This document shows, one piece after another, positions 62,827-64,000 of a stretch of 64,000 nt of DNA. Each line of letters starts with the position of its first letter. Position 1 is the stretch's first letter. The notes beneath the pieces are model-generated. The model was not told the origin of the DNA, ran no database searches, and worked only from the letters and a program-made list of their open reading frames with translations. The position numbers were made by a program, and so were the translations under genes. The stretch is from Candidatus Enterousia sp. GTDB lineage: Bacteria > Pseudomonadota > Alphaproteobacteria > Rs-D84. Where the stretch lies: the NCBI GenBank assembly GCA_045613345.1, contig JAZLAT010000031.1, positions 50,722 to 114,721 on the forward strand. The letters are read 5' to 3'.

Positions 62827-63996
62827 TTATATTTTGGCTTCGAAATGTTTTGCAAACTCTGCAATTTTGTCTGCCAAATCTTTCCCTTTGTTCAAGACAC
62901 CGCCTTTTGCACGTTCTGTGGCTTCTTTGATAAAGGTTTTTATTGTGCCCAACATAACGGCATTTTTTGATTTTAATGTCCCGTTTTCAGACTCTAATTT
63001 TGCGATCTTATCCTGTAACTCGCGAATTTCACTAAATCGTTCATCAAGCGTTTTGCGCATTTCGTTACCATATTTTTGTGACGCATTTAATTGCTGAGTG
63101 GTTTTGGTTAATTCCGTATTAGCGCGTTCTAATTGCACACTTTGTTCGGCAAGTTTGTGTTCAGCGCTTTTTTCGTATTCTGTGATATAATTGCCCTGTT
63201 TGAATTCAAGGATACTATTTATATTGTATTTTTTTGTCAACTCGTCTGTCAAATTTAATGCGGCAAGTACTTCTTCTGGTGTACGCATTCCTTTATCTTT
63301 TTGTTCGGATATAATCGTACTGATGTTTGTCGCAACATTTGCTAATAATCCTGGTCTCATTTGGCTGATAAATTGTTGATTCGGAAAATCTTTATCTAAT
63401 TCTTTTTTGATAGTTGCATCCATTTGTTTAATTTGTTTATCCAACAATTCATACAGTTCTTCTGGTGCTTTGGCATAAAGTGGCGAATTTTTTTCGGATC
63501 TTATATCACTGGCGTATTGATTAACGTCAATAACCGTTGCCAGAGGATGCAGAGCCAACAAATGCTTAACCGCTATTTCTATTTCTTTATTCTGTGTTCG
63601 CCCCAGAATATTATCCAATACAAATTTCGATAGTTTTGGATCCTTGATTTTGTTGTTTGAAACCAAGTAAAGTTGCGTTCTTATAGCTTGGTCTTTTTCT
63701 GATTGTGGCGCATTGTACTGGTATTGTAATATGAAAGTATTAGCCATATTCAAAAAATCCGATGCTTCCTGACTGGGGTCTGCCAAAGACGCCAATATTT
63801 GGGTCGCCAAATCCTGAGCTTCATCAGAATTCATCTTCAGATCGTATATATCAGCTAACTGTTGTATATTTTGTTGATTTGATACGCGGTTAAAATTCAC
63901 TCTATTTCTGGCAAACTCATGTTGCATAATGTCTTTAATAGCGGCCAAATCGTTATTGAATTTATTGTCAGTAAATAAAGTATGAAACTCTCTCAA
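62827..63996 (-). CDS. Hypothetical coiled-coil protein (5' end beyond the window)
   Basis: ORF runs to the window edge; heptad-rich C-terminus. Confidence 0.6.
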   Translation of the reverse strand: MREFHTLFTDNKFNNDLAAIKDIMQHEFARNRVNFNRVSNQQNIQQLADIYDLKMNSDEAQDLATQILASLADPSQEASDFLNMANTFILQYQYNAPQSEKDQAIRTQLYLVSNNKIKDPKLSKFVLDNILGRTQNKEIEIAVKHLLALHPLATVIDVNQYASDIRSEKNSPLYAKAPEELYELLDKQIKQMDATIKKELDKDFPNQQFISQMRPGLLANVATNISTIISEQKDKGMRTPEEVLAALNLTDELTKKYNINSILEFKQGNYITEYEKSAEHKLAEQSVQLERANTELTKTTQQLNASQKYGNEMRKTLDERFSEIRELQDKIAKLESENGTLKSKNAVMLGTIKTFIKEATERAKGGVLNKGKDLADKIAEFAKHFEAKI

Positions 63997-64000
63997 AAAA

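Overview
Bacterial chromosomal window, most likely from a small-genome alphaproteobacterium. The evidence is the bamA/bamD/rlpA/murJ/dnaB/frr-uppS-cdsA-rseP genes and alpha-type TTG-N18-GCTA promoters; a gut-type Rs-D84/Enterousia-like lineage is my inference only. Layout: (1) 1-0.8 kb, end of a response regulator and birA. (2) 1-10 kb, an AT-rich tRNA-Asn hotspot with a two-methylase/DUF3883 defence island bounded by 19-bp direct repeats, a divergent metK and an intact tRNA-Asn. (3) 15.8-28 kb, an intact-looking podovirus-type head/tail module (hydrolase, holin-like, scaffold, capsid, tail tubes, portal) with no integrase and no phage replication genes. A histone H1-like gene sits inside it. 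Its terminase large subunit is split into two ORFs by an inverted 3.3-kb block carrying dnaB, bounded by a 12-bp inverted repeat. This is a candidate domesticated gene transfer agent. (4) Four paralogous secreted fibre-like proteins with a constant N-terminus and variable C-terminus. Three carry the same ~180-220-nt covarying, multi-stem 5' RNA that I cannot assign to a known family. (5) Housekeeping genes, tRNA-Ala, and VirB7/VirB8-like genes following bamA. All protein calls are motif recognition by eye; no database searches were run.
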